A stretch of 64,000 nt of DNA, from NCBI RefSeq assembly GCF_009914755.1, contig NC_060931.1, one strand, 5' to 3'. The notes beneath the pieces were generated by a model, which saw only the letters and a list, made by a program, of their open reading frames with translations, was not told the origin of the DNA and ran no database searches. This document shows positions 19,476 to 41,999 of the stretch, in pieces. Position 1 is the stretch's first letter; every line of letters begins with the position of its first letter. The position numbers and the translations under genes were made by a program. The stretch is from the human T2T-CHM13v2.0 reference genome, Homo sapiens.

Positions 19476-20163
19476 CTTCAATGTGTAACTCTGTAAAATG
19501 GGGGTACTTGTGTCTGGGTATCGCAAGGTGCTTCTGAAGATGAACTCAGATAAGGTATGCAGTGACCACAACGTCTGGTACAAGGTAACCACTTATTAAA
19601 TAGCTGGTGCTGTGGTTACACTGATCGCTGGCCCTGGCTTTCCGTGGCACTGCTTGGTGCCTCCTAAGGAAGTACTTCGACCAAGTGCTGCTGCCGATGG
19701 CCTGAAGAAGGCAGCCGGATTAAGGGAGGAGGAAAGGAATCAAGATCAAAAACCCAGATTGAAGCGCAGCTGATATGCCTATCTCAGCCACCTACAGCAG
19801 CTGACAAAGTACTAGTGCACACTCCAAACCAGTTCATCCAACTAAAGGGGCCGAAGCTGCCAAAAAAAATGCCTCAAGTGTTCCTTGGATGCCTGAAGCA
19901 GAAAGAACGATTAGAGATTTCACAGATTAAATTCCTGCCTGCATGTCTATCGTCAGCTGTAGTCATTTGTTGAAGCGAAACACGCAGTTTCAAAGCCATT
20001 AATGCCCCAGGTTTGAACATTTTATCTCTATTTTCTTTAATCAGGTGACATTTCTTAAGGAAGAAAAAAGCTGGGATGGTGTCAATTAAAACAAAAGCAT
20101 CCCTCACCACAATTTGAAAGTAAAAACGATCTGGTGTTAACACTGGCAATCTTTCTTCTCTTA

Positions 20164-20578
<415 letters not shown>

Positions 20579-21087
20579 TTACAAAAAGGCACCTTAAGTG
20601 GATGATTTCAATGTTCTGAAGAAATAAGAAGAATCAAGGAGTTGGCTCTCAGCCCATTACCCCTGGAGAGTTCAGAGAGGAAATTACCATGGCACCAAGC
20701 CCTTGTTTCTTAGAACTACAGAATGGCAGAGCTGCTCATTAAACTATTACACCATTAAACAACAGAGCAATTGTATTACTTGGTTAAGAACTTGTGTCTC
20801 TCCTTGGCTTTAGCAAAGGGTCATGCAGCACACAGAGGGAGATAGCTTTTAGGCCTCCTGTCTCTGAGGCTGTGTTACGTCGGTAGGTCTCTGACCTCCT
20901 CTGGGCCTTAATCTCCCCCTCTGTACAATAAGGAAGATTGGAGAAGAGTCATTCCGGCATCGAAGACAACCACTTCTAAGGTTTCTGTACAGGAACAAAG
21001 GGCCTGCGAAGGGAGCGTGAACTCTTAACACACCCTCCAGACACCTCCCTGAAAGATCTCACACACCTGGAAGACTGGGTTACTCAC

Positions 21088-21259
21088 CTGACTGATGAAG
21101 TCGGACGAGGCCTCATGTTCATCCCAAGTCTGGTTCCTCCCCCTGGCTTTCCCCATTCCGATGAGGGCATCATGTTCCTCCTCAGACCCCTTGTGTCTCT
21201 TTCTTATCCCTGCTCCCAGCTCATAATCATCTGATGTCAGCAGAGACTTGCTGCTCAGC
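21088..21259 (-). CDS. TNRC18: TNRC18 exon 15 (172 nt) LSSKSLLTSDD...SSDFISQ
   Basis: Acceptor gcgtttcag|G, donor CAG|gtgagt. Confidence 0.95.
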
Positions 21260-21779
21260 CTGAAACGCAGACACACTGCCGGTCAGCACCCTGGCCAGAC
21301 AAGGCTCGCAGGCTGAGGTCCACCCTCATGGCCCTGAAGGGTTGGGCTCTGGACCCTGAGCGTGGACAGTGATGGCAGAGTGACGGGCGTGGGGAGATGG
21401 ATCTTGTAAAACAACAGTGCTGGAATTCTGGGATATTTGTGAATGAGGCAGAATGAGAGTTTAAGGTGAAAGAAGGAAGAAAGCATTTTCTTTCTTGTGC
21501 GCTTTTACGCGTACACTCACACACACACACACATCTCTGTGCGGTCAGATACCTATTTACCAAATCGTGCCAAGAACAAAGATCAGAAACGCCAAGGAAA
21601 TCCACCAGGATGGCAGGGGGAGTTTAGAACACAAGTTTACACGAAGAAGGATTCCAGTCTCTCTTTTCCAGTAAGGGAAAAAAAAAACGAAGAAGGAGCC
21701 ACTTGCTGGTCTCTGGAATCCCGTGCGCAGTGGGGACACAGACATGGCTTAGAAGCCCCACTTGCTTGCTTTAAGCTGA

Positions 21780-22215
<436 letters not shown>

Positions 22216-23281
22216 CCTGTGTACTTATTTTTTTATAGATGAGAAAACAGGCTCGGAAAAGCTAACACCTGGCCCGAGGTCGGTCACACTAAGGGGTGGT
22301 GCTGGGACTCAAGAACAGGAAATTTAACCAGTGCAGGCCACACCCCTGACCACCACGCTGCTGGTGGCCGCAGCCTCCTGCCCTCTTCTCCGGGAAGCTC
22401 TCCCTGCCCCTGCTGCGGCTGGTGAGGGAGATTTCTACCTCTCTCCATCCTCTCTTCGGTCAGAAACATCCAAGAATGTTAAATGCAAGACATGGGGGCC
22501 TTGGGGCTGTTTTATCCTGAGAAGAACTGTGGCCTTCCCACTGCCTCTCCTGTGCCCTCCGAAGGTCCCCCCACGCTCCTTCTGCTTCCTCAGGGCAGGT
22601 CTTGAGCCGCCTAGCGTCTACCCCACCCTCCTGCCCCAGGCTCCCAACACTCCAACCCCTTTCCTTGACGGGCCCCTTTCCGATCGTGCTACAGACACCG
22701 AGGGAAGGACGAAGCATCTTTTCTGTGCACGCCTCGCCCTGCGGGAAAAGCTCTCATTCCAGCTGGCGTTCAGAAAGACCCACACAGGTGCCCCACAAGG
22801 CTGCGACCGCCGCCCGAGGAGGAGAAGCTTGTCCCCAAGTGCCAGAAGGGGCCAGCCCTGGTCTCGGGGCAAGCCAGCAGGTCCGGCACGGCGGAGACCG
22901 AGCGACAGCCGGGTCATAGCCCGTCCCAACAAGCAAGGCTGGCAGCCCAGCGGGTCCTTCCGCAGGGAGGAGGCGCGTGGAAAAAAGGAGGAATTAGGCC
23001 CTAGGCGTGAGGAGGCAGGCGTGGCAGGAAGACAGGTGAAGCGCTGGGTTAGGACACGGGAAAAATCTGTCGCAGGAGCCATCCTCCAGGCTCAGCACCG
23101 GCCTCGCTCCCTCCTGGCCCGGGCAGCACAGGCCGTGCTCCCCGAGGGCCACTGCTGCGGGTAGGTCAGAGCCCGAGGGACGCGAGGTCCCCCAGCACCC
23201 CGAGGCAGGCCCTGCGTGGGGCCCGGGCTCCTCCCCTCAAGCTGTGTGCCAGTCCCCGACCCACCGAGGGGCCAGCCTTAC

Positions 23282-23410
23282 TTTCCGCTACTGTGGCCGC
23301 TCTTCCCTCTCTTGCGGGGGGGCGACAGGGCGCTCGGGGCGTGGGTCCGTTTCCGCGGCCTGCCAGGGCCTCTGCGTGCCAAGCTTCTATGGGGTTCCTC
23401 GCGCCTGTCC
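23282..23410 (-). CDS. TNRC18: TNRC18 exon 14 (129 nt, phase 2-2) DRREEPHRSLARRGPGRPRKR...HSSG, AT-hook-like
   Basis: Not in the ORF track; translated by hand. Acceptor ttctttttaag|G, donor GAAA|gtaagg; phases match exons 13 and 15. Confidence 0.92.
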
Positions 23411-23584
23411 CTTAAAAAGAATCACACGCTTGGCTGTGACGCTGGGGGGCGGGCGGGGCGCGGAGAACGGGCACACGATGCACACACGGCGCCGGGTCCA
23501 CGCACACCTCGACGGCTGCTGCGCGCCTGGGGGCCTGGTGGGCCGGGGCAGGGGCCCCACGGGGCGGGCGGGGGACACACTCAC

Positions 23585-23721
23585 TCGGAGTCCCGGCGGC
23601 GCTGCAGCTTCACCAGCTCACGCTGCTTCTCCTTGTACTGGCGCTGCACCTCGGCCAGCCGCATCCGGAAGTCCAGCTCCAGGGCGTCCATGTCCTCCAG
23701 GGAGGACTTCATGGCATACAT
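23585..23721 (-). CDS. TNRC18: TNRC18 exon 13 (137 nt), predicted coiled coil, MYAMKSS...LQRRRDS
   Basis: Acceptor ttcccccag|ATG, donor CCGA|gtgagt. Confidence 0.95.
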
Positions 23722-24337
23722 CTGGGGGAAGAACCGGGAGAGGAGGAGGGGGTGAGGATGCCACTGCCTAACGACGCCCACCGCCCACCCAGGGGTGCCC
23801 CTGAGGAAGGGGAGACTGCACTGGGAGCTGGGGCTCGAGTCCCACCGCTGCCACCTCCTGACTGTGGCCATGGCCTCATCGTATGCAAGGGACCCTGTGC
23901 TGGCTCTGCGGGGCTGTGGCAGTGCTCAATTAGATGTCATGCCTGAAGCACAGTGCTTGCGTGTGACACCTGCTCCATCAGTGAGGGCCACTGTGTCATT
24001 TATAAACGGAAGGCTCAGCAAGGGGATGCTGCAGCCCCAGGCCCCGTGGGCACCTAAGGCCAGAGCTACATGTGACCCTGGGCTACTCTGTTTCCAGTGG
24101 ATCACACCGCGACCTGTGTGATGAGCCTGACATGCTAGCAGACAGGTAAACTGAGTCCCCGAGAAGGGCAACCACTTGACTGGGACCACACAGCACATCA
24201 GCACAAGGAGCTGAACGTAGCTCAGGCCTCTCTGGCGCCAAAGCCAGCCACGCCCCAGGCAGTAGGGCACCTCCACAGAGGGGCCTCCCACCCAGCCTCC
24301 CCCGCGGACCCCAGGGAGGAAGCAGCCAGCCGCTCAC

Positions 24338-24513
24338 CCGCTCCTCCTTCTTGCGCATCCAGCTGTACTTCTTGTTGGGCTTCAGCTCCCGCGGGAGCCG
24401 CAGGTTCTTGAGTGGGTCCACCACGGGCCCATCCAGCACCTCCCTCAGCATGTGGCTGCCAGCTGCCAGCAGACTCTCCAGGGAGGGCCGCGCCACCAGG
24501 GCCCGCTCCGCAC
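24338..24513 (-). CDS. TNRC18: TNRC18 exon 12 (176 nt) AERALVARPSLESLL...KYSWMRKKEER
   Basis: Acceptor tccacag|GT, donor CGG|gtgagc. Confidence 0.95.
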
Positions 24514-24698
24514 CTGTGGACAGGAGGTAGGTAACAGGGCGCTGCTGCCACCCCTTCCCCAACCCCAAACGGGGATGCCGAGGCCCAAAGCAAGCGCAGG
24601 CCCCAGGCCACACGTGCCCATCCCCCAAGGTGCTGAGTAGACAGAGGCCTTTGTGACATGCCAGAAGTCCTGAGCATCTCTAAACAAGAACGGGGAGA

Positions 24699-26517
<1,819 letters not shown>

Positions 26518-26602
26518 TCAATACATACTGTATCACATTTTGCTTTTTTTCTGCTTAATGTCTTTTCTCATATTAGCACAAAGCAAACATCTACCTCCTC
26601 AT

Positions 26603-26685
26603 TATGAGCTTGGACCTTATAAAAACTGCCATCTCTAAAGGTCAAAAACACTAGAATGCCAGCAATTTTAAATGGCCAAACGTGC
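26603..26685. mobile_element. MADE2-like mariner MITE, decayed ~80 bp palindrome
   Basis: ttggaccttataaaaactgcc...aggtcaaaaac...gcaattttaaatggccaa resembles the remembered consensus. Confidence 0.5.
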
Positions 26686-26809
26686 AAAGGAGCCTACGCA
26701 GAATCATGTGGGGGGGCGGAAGGGCAGCCTAGAACACTCTTGAATTGATGAGTTTTGATTCATCTAAGTCATCTCCCATTGATGGCATTTAGATTGTTTC
26801 CTGTCTTTT

Positions 26810-28307
<1,498 letters not shown>

Positions 28308-28589
28308 GCTCTTCTTATATCTTTAGGGAAACTGAGGCCACAAAGCCACAAACCTGATCAGCTCCCAAAGGTTGATGTTAGATTGAAACCATCTCACCCA
28401 CCCCATACCCCCGCCTCGAGGTCCTGCGAGACTTAAGAGTCTACAATGTCAGGTAAGGATGGAGGGCTGTTCTGTTCTCCAAGAGGGGACCAAGGTACAA
28501 CTCTGTCACCTCCTTCACCCTCCCACAAACCCATTATCCCTAAGCTCTTAACTGATCAGGCAAGGGACGCCCAAGTGACCTCTAGGCCA

Positions 28590-31060
<2,471 letters not shown>

Positions 31061-31339
31061 AGCATGAACCGCAGTCAGCCCTTGAGAATGAATCTCAGTG
31101 TTTTTGCCAAAGCTAGCAAGAAAGAGGTGGCCTCTTTCGGAAGGCTGCTGAGCAGGCCCAGGGACCTGGGAGGAACTGACAGACCACCCCCCACCCCAGT
31201 GAGGACAGTAAGTCGGCCTTGAATGAGGCCAACAGAGAGAAAAGTCGAACAGCAAGAGGGAAGGAGGGAAGGAGGGAAGGAGACGGGGACACAGAGAGAG
31301 AGAGACTAGGGAAGGGCCTGTGTAGGAAAAGAAAGACTT

Positions 31340-31492
31340 GGTTTCTTGGCTTGAACACCTAGATCCAGCCATACCTGAAATTACCTAATTACTGCCGGAC
31401 TTCAGTTCCAAGAGCCAATTAATTCTCTCCTGCCTAAACCAATTTAAATGAGAGTTTCTGTTCCTTGCAACCCAAGAAATCCTGCTAAAACA
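31340..31492 (+). mobile_element. Old MLT1 (J/K-type) LTR 3' end
   Basis: cctagatccagccatacctgaa...gtttctgttccttgcaacccaaga. Confidence 0.65.
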
Positions 31493-31715
31493 CACCATCA
31501 ATAGAATGAGAAATTTCACCACCAGGAAACCTACAGACTGGCTGCACAGTGCAAACACACTTAACATGCCACTCACTCAACAGGACGCTTAAAAATGCTC
31601 GAGATGGAACATTTTGTTATGTGTATCTTAACCACAATTTTTTAAAAAATTAATATGAATAAACCATATTCCGGGTTTTTCATAATTTAAAAATCTTATA
31701 AAAAAATGTTTAAGA

Positions 31716-32020
<305 letters not shown>

Positions 32021-32061
32021 AACTCACGAATCTGCAGAACTCAGAGGTCGCGCACTCTCAC

Positions 32062-33051
32062 CTCCCATCTCTTGGCTCCTCCTCTCCAGCTCCAGCTCTG
32101 CGATCTCACTTAGCAGGGTGATGCCATGCAGGAAGCTCTGCTCCAAGACAAGGCTCTCGGCTGCTTCCAGCTTCTCCAAGGCCTGGGCTCCAGCAGCACC
32201 CGGGGAGGGCAGAGGCCTGGCCTGGGGCAGCTCCGCAGCTGCCGCCAGGGCGTTCATGCCAGCCAGTGGGTCCTCCAGACTGGGCAGGAACTGGTCAGAG
32301 CTTGCCTCTTCCAGGAAGCAGGTGCTGCCGAGTACAGGCACGGCCTCTTGGGGCTCCAGGCTCGGGCACTGTCCCTCCCCGGCGGGCACGTCACAGTCTG
32401 ACATTTCTAGGGTGGGCTGGGACTCGCTCGGTGCCACCTGCGCCAGGCCTTCCTCGGGCACTGCCTCCACCACGGGCACCGCCACAGGCACCTCCACCGG
32501 CTCCTCCTTGGCCTCCACCAGTGTCTCGGGTGTCAGCTGCACCCCCAGGTCCAGGGCGGCGGTGCAGGGTTCTGTCCGGCCCGGGGAATCCACCCGTGGT
32601 TCAGGCCCCTCCACAAAGTCTGGACACTCAGAGGGCTCTGCGCAGCTCTGCCCGGTGGCACTCAGCGCCTGGGCCTCCAACAGGCCACCTCCACAACCCC
32701 CTGCAGGGCTGGGGGTAGCCATGGCTTCCGCGGCGGGCAGTGGCAGCGGCGACTCCAGAGGCGGCAGCTCTGTGGGGCCCTCGTCCATGTCCTCCACCTC
32801 TGCCTTCACCTCCCGCTCAGCCAGCGGTTCTTCCTCCGGGCCCTCCCGCAGCGGCTCTGTGATCTTGGAGGGGGACAAGCGGATGGGCTTGTCTTCGGGT
32901 GAGAGTGCCAGGCGCTCGGGCCCATCAGCCGGGAGCGGCACATCAGGGGCCAAGCCGTCCGCGTCGGCGGCGGCCGTGGGCTGCAGCAGGAAAGGGTAGG
33001 GCCTCCCGTAGTGCGGTGGCAGGGCTTGGAACGGGTACCTGGGCGGGATAT
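32062..33051 (-). CDS. TNRC18: TNRC18 exon 11 (990 nt, phase 1-1) DIPPRYPF...RRSQEMG
   Basis: Acceptor ccttggcag|AT, donor GGAG|gtgaga; inside ORF 32024..33334. Confidence 0.96.
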
Positions 33052-33475
33052 CTGCCAAGGACACAGGGGTCAGCATGGGAGCCCTAGGATCTGATATCCC
33101 ATGTCCCCACTGACACCCGCCCACCACCCCAGACAGAGACCCAGGACGCAGCCGCCCCCTGCTCACCCAGCTACAGGGTGGGAGCTGTTCTAGGTGGGAT
33201 CTCAGAAACCCCAGGGCCATGCAGTGGCCCCAAAGTGAAAAACCAGCCACCTTCTTGTCCCCAAGGTCTTGTGGTCTTGAAGGCAAAGAACCACAGTGGT
33301 CTCTCTTGTTCCTTTCCCACTCAGCACCCAGCACAAGGCTAGACCAGAAGCCAACACTTCATGAGGTCTGCAAAGGCCTACAGCTGCCTTTACCCACCTT
33401 GTGTGGTCTGGTCTCCACTCCCCAGGAACCTACTGCTCCACCCCATTAAAGCAGTTGTTCAAAATCTAACAGCAG

Positions 33476-35025
<1,550 letters not shown>

Positions 35026-35741
35026 GGAATAGCAACCCAGTTCTGTCCCCCAAGTGTAATCTCCCTGAGAGCAGGGCTGTGTGCCCCTGATTCTCTGCAC
35101 CACTCCCAGCCCAGCAGCTGGAGGCACACAAAAGGAAACTGACAAAGGAGAGACAGGCGCCGGGCCAAGCTCAGTGATTGCCACCACTGGCCCAAGCTCA
35201 CCCAGCCTTGGTGCCAGAATCTGAAGTTGAACCAAAGTCCTCCCAAGCACACGCTCACACACCTGATACCCCCCAGGGAGGAAGAACACAGTCCCAGCCC
35301 CCAAAGCCACCTGCTGCAGGTCCCCTCTGATGCAGAAGACGGCAAGAGCGGGTGTGTGCATGGGACCCACAGAACGGGGGGAAAGCTGCCCAGAATGGGT
35401 GTCCCTGGACCATCATCAGCAAGGCAGAACTTAGCGCCGACTGCATGCTGAGCGTGTGACAGGTCTGGCTCGGTGGAAAACTCAGAACAACTCATCCTGA
35501 AGCAGTTTCTAATATTACACCCATTTCCCTGACACTGCCGCTGAGGAGGGGCCGGGGAGAGGCTGGATTTGACTGTGAGCTCCTGTGTTTGTCTCAGTGT
35601 CTGGCGGCAGGCCTGGGACGCAGGAGGTGCTCCGTGGAGGTGGAATGAACGAACGATCGAACGGGTCAATGAAAAGATGGATGAGCAGTTTTACCGCTCC
35701 AGGGGCAGAGTGAGACCCTGAGGGTCTCAGCTGCATCCTAC

Positions 35742-36171
35742 CTGAGAACAGGGCCTGGAAGGGGCTGGGGGCTTCCTTCTCCAACTCCAAGTCTTTCTTC
35801 TCGACCACATTCTCGGGAGCCTCCTCCTTGCGGGTGATACCCGGGGTGGGCGGTGGGGAGGCGGGCGGCGGGCTGGTGGGGTGGGAGCTGGGGGTGGCGG
35901 GGTAGGCGTAGGCGGGTGGCTTGGACACGTCCTCCAGCTTCTGGATGACCTTGGCCTTCAGGGCAGCCACAGGGGATGCGCGGGGTGATGGTGGCGGGCT
36001 CACGGCCTTGCCGTAGGTGCCCGCGGGGCCGGCGGCCAGGCCAGGGGGCTTCCGCGGCAGCAGCCCGGGGCCGGCGGTGGCCAGGCCAGCCTTGCCCGCA
36101 GCCTCCAGGCCCCGCTTGCTCCCCTTCTCTTCCATCTCCGCCCGGTGCTCCTGCGCCTTCAACCGCTCCTG
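35742..36171 (-). CDS. TNRC18: TNRC18 exon 10 (430 nt), Pro-rich, QERLKAQEH...PFQALFS
   Basis: Acceptor cttcccag|CAG (NAGNAG), donor TCAG|gtagga. Confidence 0.94.
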
Positions 36172-36679
36172 CTGGGAAGGGGCCGGCAGGCAGGGTCAGC
36201 ACGGCACGAGTTTCCCCCTCCCCGACGCCCGCACCTGCCCTGTCCCCCCAAGGGTCCCCGAGTCCGAGGAGAACCTCATGCAGGGCCTGGGGTCCAGGCT
36301 GCCCACCCCGTCCCAGGCCAGAGACAGACATTCCATCCCAGCCCATGTGTCATAAGCACAGCGTTCCACGCAGAACCCCAAAAGGCAGCGCTGGGGGTGA
36401 GGAGCTCTGGTGAGCCCCTTCGAACCAGGGCTGATGGGGGACCTCCACCAGGACCCCGGCCCTGCACGGACCCTCACAGTCAGGACAAGGGGGGCCAGAT
36501 GGGGGGCACAAGGCCCCACACCTCGATGGCATTGGGCGCACTCACTACCTGCTAAACCTTCCTGCTTCACTGCGTCATCATTTTAGGGTCTCAAAAGGCC
36601 CCAAAGAGGGCAGGAGGAAGCCAGGCATGTCTTTTATGAGGAAATGGGAGGGAGTCAGCTCGGCGACCACCAATGCCTA

Positions 36680-37078
<399 letters not shown>

Positions 37079-37720
37079 TCACATTTAGCAACCCAAGGAC
37101 TAGGCAACGCTAGCATCTGTTTCTGGGAGAGGAAACCTGAAGCCCAGAGAAGTAAAGGCACTTGCCCATGAGCACACAGCCAGGCCTGGCAGAGCTAAGA
37201 TTCAGACCCAGGGCTCAGGCTCTGAGAGCTTCTTGCTGTATGCACCACCTGGGCCGACTCCTCCAGAGCAGACCCTTTGTGTCCCCTATCTTATGGGACC
37301 ATGCCGTCAGGAGGCAGCTGGCCAGGCCTCCTTGTGCCTCTCCGAGAGGCCACCTGGAGAGAAGAGGCCAGGCTGGGCTCAGGCAACAGCGGGAGCCCAC
37401 TGGACTCCTTCAGTGTCCAATCACCCTTCCCCAGTCCCCAAGGCCACCTCTCTGCCTTGGTTTCCTCCTCGCTCCTGCACCCTGCCCTGCCAATCTCCAT
37501 CTGCCTCTGCTCACAGCTCCCTCCGCCTGGAGAACTCTTCTACAGATGGCTCCAGGTCTCGGTTCCACTGCTGCCTCCTCCAGAAGCCCTCCCTGACCAC
37601 CTGCCCCTCTGCTGTTTTCTCCCTCCCTGTAACTGTCTGGAGATTCTGCTGGCTGACTCGTCTGCCTCGTCACCCATGGGGGCCCCCAGAGGGAGCTGCG
37701 CCTCATCCTCCCCGACTTAC

Positions 37721-37911
37721 CACGAGCTGGGCGCTCCTCTGCAGTTCCAAGGCCTGGGCCGCCTGCTGCTGCAGGTACAGGAACTCCTGCTGCCGCAGGA
37801 AGTGCTGCTGTGAGAAGAGCTGCAGCTGCTGGGCGTGGTGCAGGGGGCTGCGGCCCGGCGGGTACAGGGCGGGCCAGAGGGGCGGTACGGTGGCCCGCTC
37901 CATCAGCTCCG
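37721..37911 (-). CDS. TNRC18: TNRC18 exon 9 (191 nt), Gln/CAG-rich, ELMERATV...QRSAQLV
   Basis: Acceptor tccctgcag|CG, donor GTG|gtaagt. Confidence 0.95.
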
Positions 37912-38533
37912 CTGCAGGGACAGAGACAGTGCGCTGCACCTGCGGCCTGATGCTCCACCACCATGCCCATTACGAGGGGAAGCTGAAGCCAGAGAGGGGC
38001 CACACCCACACAGTGGGGAGCTGGGCTCTCTGCGGGCCCCCGGCTGCTCCCCAGGGGCCAGGAAGTTTGTCCTGTCCTCCATGGGCCACGTGTGCACCCC
38101 AGGCCCGGGGAACACAGCCCTGTCCACACCCGGGGTGGGATGTTCCCACAGCCTCGCAACCAGAGCAGGTCAGCACGCAGACACGTACGAGGACCACTGT
38201 GAGGACCTAGGGAACGCCTTCTCCCACCCCTCCCAGTGGTCTACAAGGTGGATTCCTGGGGAGGCGGTGGCGCCAGGTAAGGGGAATCCCAGCCCCCACC
38301 CAGGGCTGCCTGTCTCGCTTCTCTTTATGGAGTTTTTGGGCAGGAGCTCATTGCAACAAGGACCCCAAGGCTTTACAACACTGGCAACAGATGTTCTCTC
38401 TGAACCCCGGTCCGCCTCCCCAGCCCCAGATCTGCCGGCCGCCACCCCTCAGCAGGAAGCCCTTGGCATCAGAGACCATCTCGCTGGGCATGGCCAGTCT
38501 GGCCCATGGTGGCCACATAGAAGGTCCACTTAC

Positions 38534-38680
38534 CAAAGTGAGGAAGGTGATCACTGGGAATGACCACCAGCTGGCCCGATTGGGGGTCCCTGACAAACTG
38601 GTAGGCTGACGGGAGGGAGCCCCCCAGGCCAGGTGGGAACGCAGGGGCCATGCCCTGGTGCAGAGATGGGGGACCCAAGC
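38534..38680 (-). CDS. TNRC18: TNRC18 exon 8 (147 nt) LGPPSLHQG...YQFVRDPQSGQLVVIPSDHLPHF
   Basis: Acceptor ctcctcctag|GC, donor TTTG|gtaagt. Confidence 0.95.
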
Positions 38681-39057
38681 CTAGGAGGAGAAGCCCAGGC
38701 CTGAGTCAGTGCTGGGAGCCCCCAAGCGGTTTGTCCTCGGGCAGCCCCAGCCCAGCACCACCTCCCAAGTCCTGAACCTCCTGGGGCCTCCAGTGGGGAA
38801 GCCAAGGGACAGGGGTGCTGGCTGGCTGCAAAGAGCACCCCAGAGCCACCCGCATTGGGCATCTGCCCCAAACAGGCATGGCAGAGGGGCCCCACGAGGC
38901 AGAGGCCATTATCATTCCTTCTTCCGACGAATGCGGGAGGCAGGCCCAGGCCCCCCAGGAAACGGCAGGCAGGAGCCAGCCCTGAGCTCTTGTCCTGCAC
39001 CCGCCCCCTCCCACCCCTCCCTCAGAGAAGGGGAGAGACCCTGTGCCCCACACTCAC

Positions 39058-39263
39058 CGTAGGGGTGTCCAGCGAGCCACATGGATGCGTTGCCCGAGCG
39101 GGGCAACCAGGGGTGCGTGGCCAGATGGGCTGCGGGGTCGGCAGACCAGCGACCTGAGCCCGCCAGCGCCGGGCCCCCCGTCACCATGAGGTTGGGGTTC
39201 AGGCCGTTAGGAGCACAGCTGGTAGGGTGCAGGCGGGCCAGGTCAGCCAGCTCCTTACTCTCT
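39058..39263 (-). CDS. TNRC18: TNRC18 exon 7 (206 nt) ESKELADLAR...WLAGHPY
   Basis: Acceptor cttccag|AG, donor TACG|gtgagt. Confidence 0.94.
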
Positions 39264-39608
39264 CTGGAAGGAGGATCATAGGTGTCAGCGACAGCTCGGA
39301 CAGCCCAGGGGACGAGAGGGAGAAGCGGGGTTGCCCCAAGGAACTGTTTGCCACCAGGCCATGAGTCAGGACAACCACTGCTCGGAACTGAAGGGCCTCC
39401 CGGGGCCTTCCACACTCACTGTAGGGGCAGTGGGGCCACCTGGCCTGGGCAGGGCTGGCCCGATGCTGAGGACCAGAGTGACTCCCGCTCTCAGTACCAT
39501 AGCATCCATGGTCGAGGGGCCAAGCCCACCTGGGGTCATCCAGCTGCCCCTCACCCCCAGGGGCTCCTAGATACCCCCTAGACCCTCAGGATCCCCCGAC
39601 ACCCTCAC

Positions 39609-39711
39609 CTGAGCAGCTTCTCCTGATCCCGGTCCAGCCGTGCCCCGAGCAGCCGTTCCTCCCGGTGTCTGGCCCGGTCGTCCACACAGTCCTCATCTGC
39701 TCGGCCGTGCC
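39609..39711 (-). CDS. TNRC18: TNRC18 exon 6 (103 nt) HGRADEDCVD...DQEKLL
   Basis: Acceptor ccctgcag|GG, donor TCAG|gtgagg; bridges the phases of exons 5 and 7. Confidence 0.93.
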
Positions 39712-40076
39712 CTGCAGGGGGCCAGGTGGAAGTGAGCCCCCAGCCAGCACCGAGCCCATCCCAGACCCATTGGCCCCACTGCCCTCACCCCTCCCTGGGC
39801 CCCCCAGAGCCCCGACGGTCCTGCACAGCCATCCGTGTAGTGCCTTCACCCCAACATCTTTCCTTATGACGCATCAAGCTCCCCCAAACCCCAACTGGGG
39901 TTCCTCAGGGCCAGAAATCATCCATCCGCTCTGTCATCCCCCATCCAAAAGGCCTGTCTATGTCCCCTAGACAGACAACCGTGGCGATAATTAGGCCAAC
40001 AGCCAGGGATATTGTAAGAAAATGTCATAAAACTTGTCACATAACAATGAAACGTGAGGCCGGGTGCACTTACTAA

Positions 40077-40310
<234 letters not shown>

Positions 40311-40777
40311 TAGCCAGGATGGTCTCGATCTCCTGACCTCGTGATCCACCCACCTCAGCCTCCCAGAGTGCTGGGATTACAGGCGTGAGTCACCGAGCCC
40401 CGCCACTAATGCTATTTTAATGACGGGAAGGCAGATTCTGAGCTGGGGATTTGGTGAGGACAGGGCAGAGTCCAAATGGAGAAAAAAAACACAACCCAAA
40501 AACTAGCCGGACCTGGGCCACATGAAGCCAGACTGTGGTCCCAACCACGCAGGCCTGTGTGTCCCAAGACAGTTTAAATACACATGGCTAGCCAGGCGAG
40601 GTGGCTCACACCTGTAATCCCAGCACTTTGGGAGGCCGGGTGGGGGGGGCGGGGCGGATCACCTGAGGTCAGGAGTTCGAGACCAGCCTGGCCAACATGG
40701 CAAAACACCGTCTCTACTAAAAAAAATACAAAAATCAGCCAGGCGTGGTGGTGCGCACCTGTGATCCCAGCTACTCA

Positions 40778-41081
<304 letters not shown>

Positions 41082-41759
41082 CTAAAGAAAAAAAAAAAAA
41101 ATCAAGATAGAAAAGTAAACCCAAAGAACATTATCCACTTGGGTGGAGGGGGTGGCCTTGGCCCCCTGAGTGGGAGATGCTACCGGGCTCACCCATCCCT
41201 GTCCCTCCCTATAGCCAGCCCCTGAGTCCCAGGCCTGGCACATGGATGGTCACCAGAGGAGAGGGGACAGGGAGCGGCGGAGTGGCAGGAGCCCCGTCTG
41301 GCCCTCCTGGTACCTCCTTGTCCCTGCCACCCTGCCCTGGCCCCTCTTTGAGTGTTCAACACCATGAGCCAGAGATGGGACACACCGGACAGGTGAAGGC
41401 CCGGGAATGGGAGGAAGCTGAGCCCCACGGCAGAGGCTACCAGGTGTGCAGCTCGAAAACCTGCCCGTCGGCTCCCAGGTGCCATTCGCACAGGCGGAGG
41501 CACGGCTGATACTCCCCTTGGGGCCGGCCTTCCCAGGGCTTCCGGGAAGAGGGGTGGGCTGGGAGCTAGGTCCTCCTACGCAGCGCTACTGTGGGCAGAC
41601 CCCGGCCATCAGCCACCCCCAAGGGCCCAGTCCAGCACCGCCAGCTGCAATGTCAGGGGATCAGCCGCCAGCACAGAGAAACTATCCTTCTGCTGGAGAC
41701 AAGGTCCCCACCCAGCTGTCCTAACTGGGGTCTACAGCGGCCCCACAGCCATGACCCTA

Positions 41760-41999
<240 letters not shown>

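Larger units (their letters stand above)
22600..23780. other. CpG-rich tract over exons 13-14 and the start of intron 14
   Basis: High GC and CpG density, repeat-free. Confidence 0.6.

Noticed and set aside
37721-37911. CAG repeat expansion locus
   Set aside because: CAG runs are short (three or fewer) and interrupted
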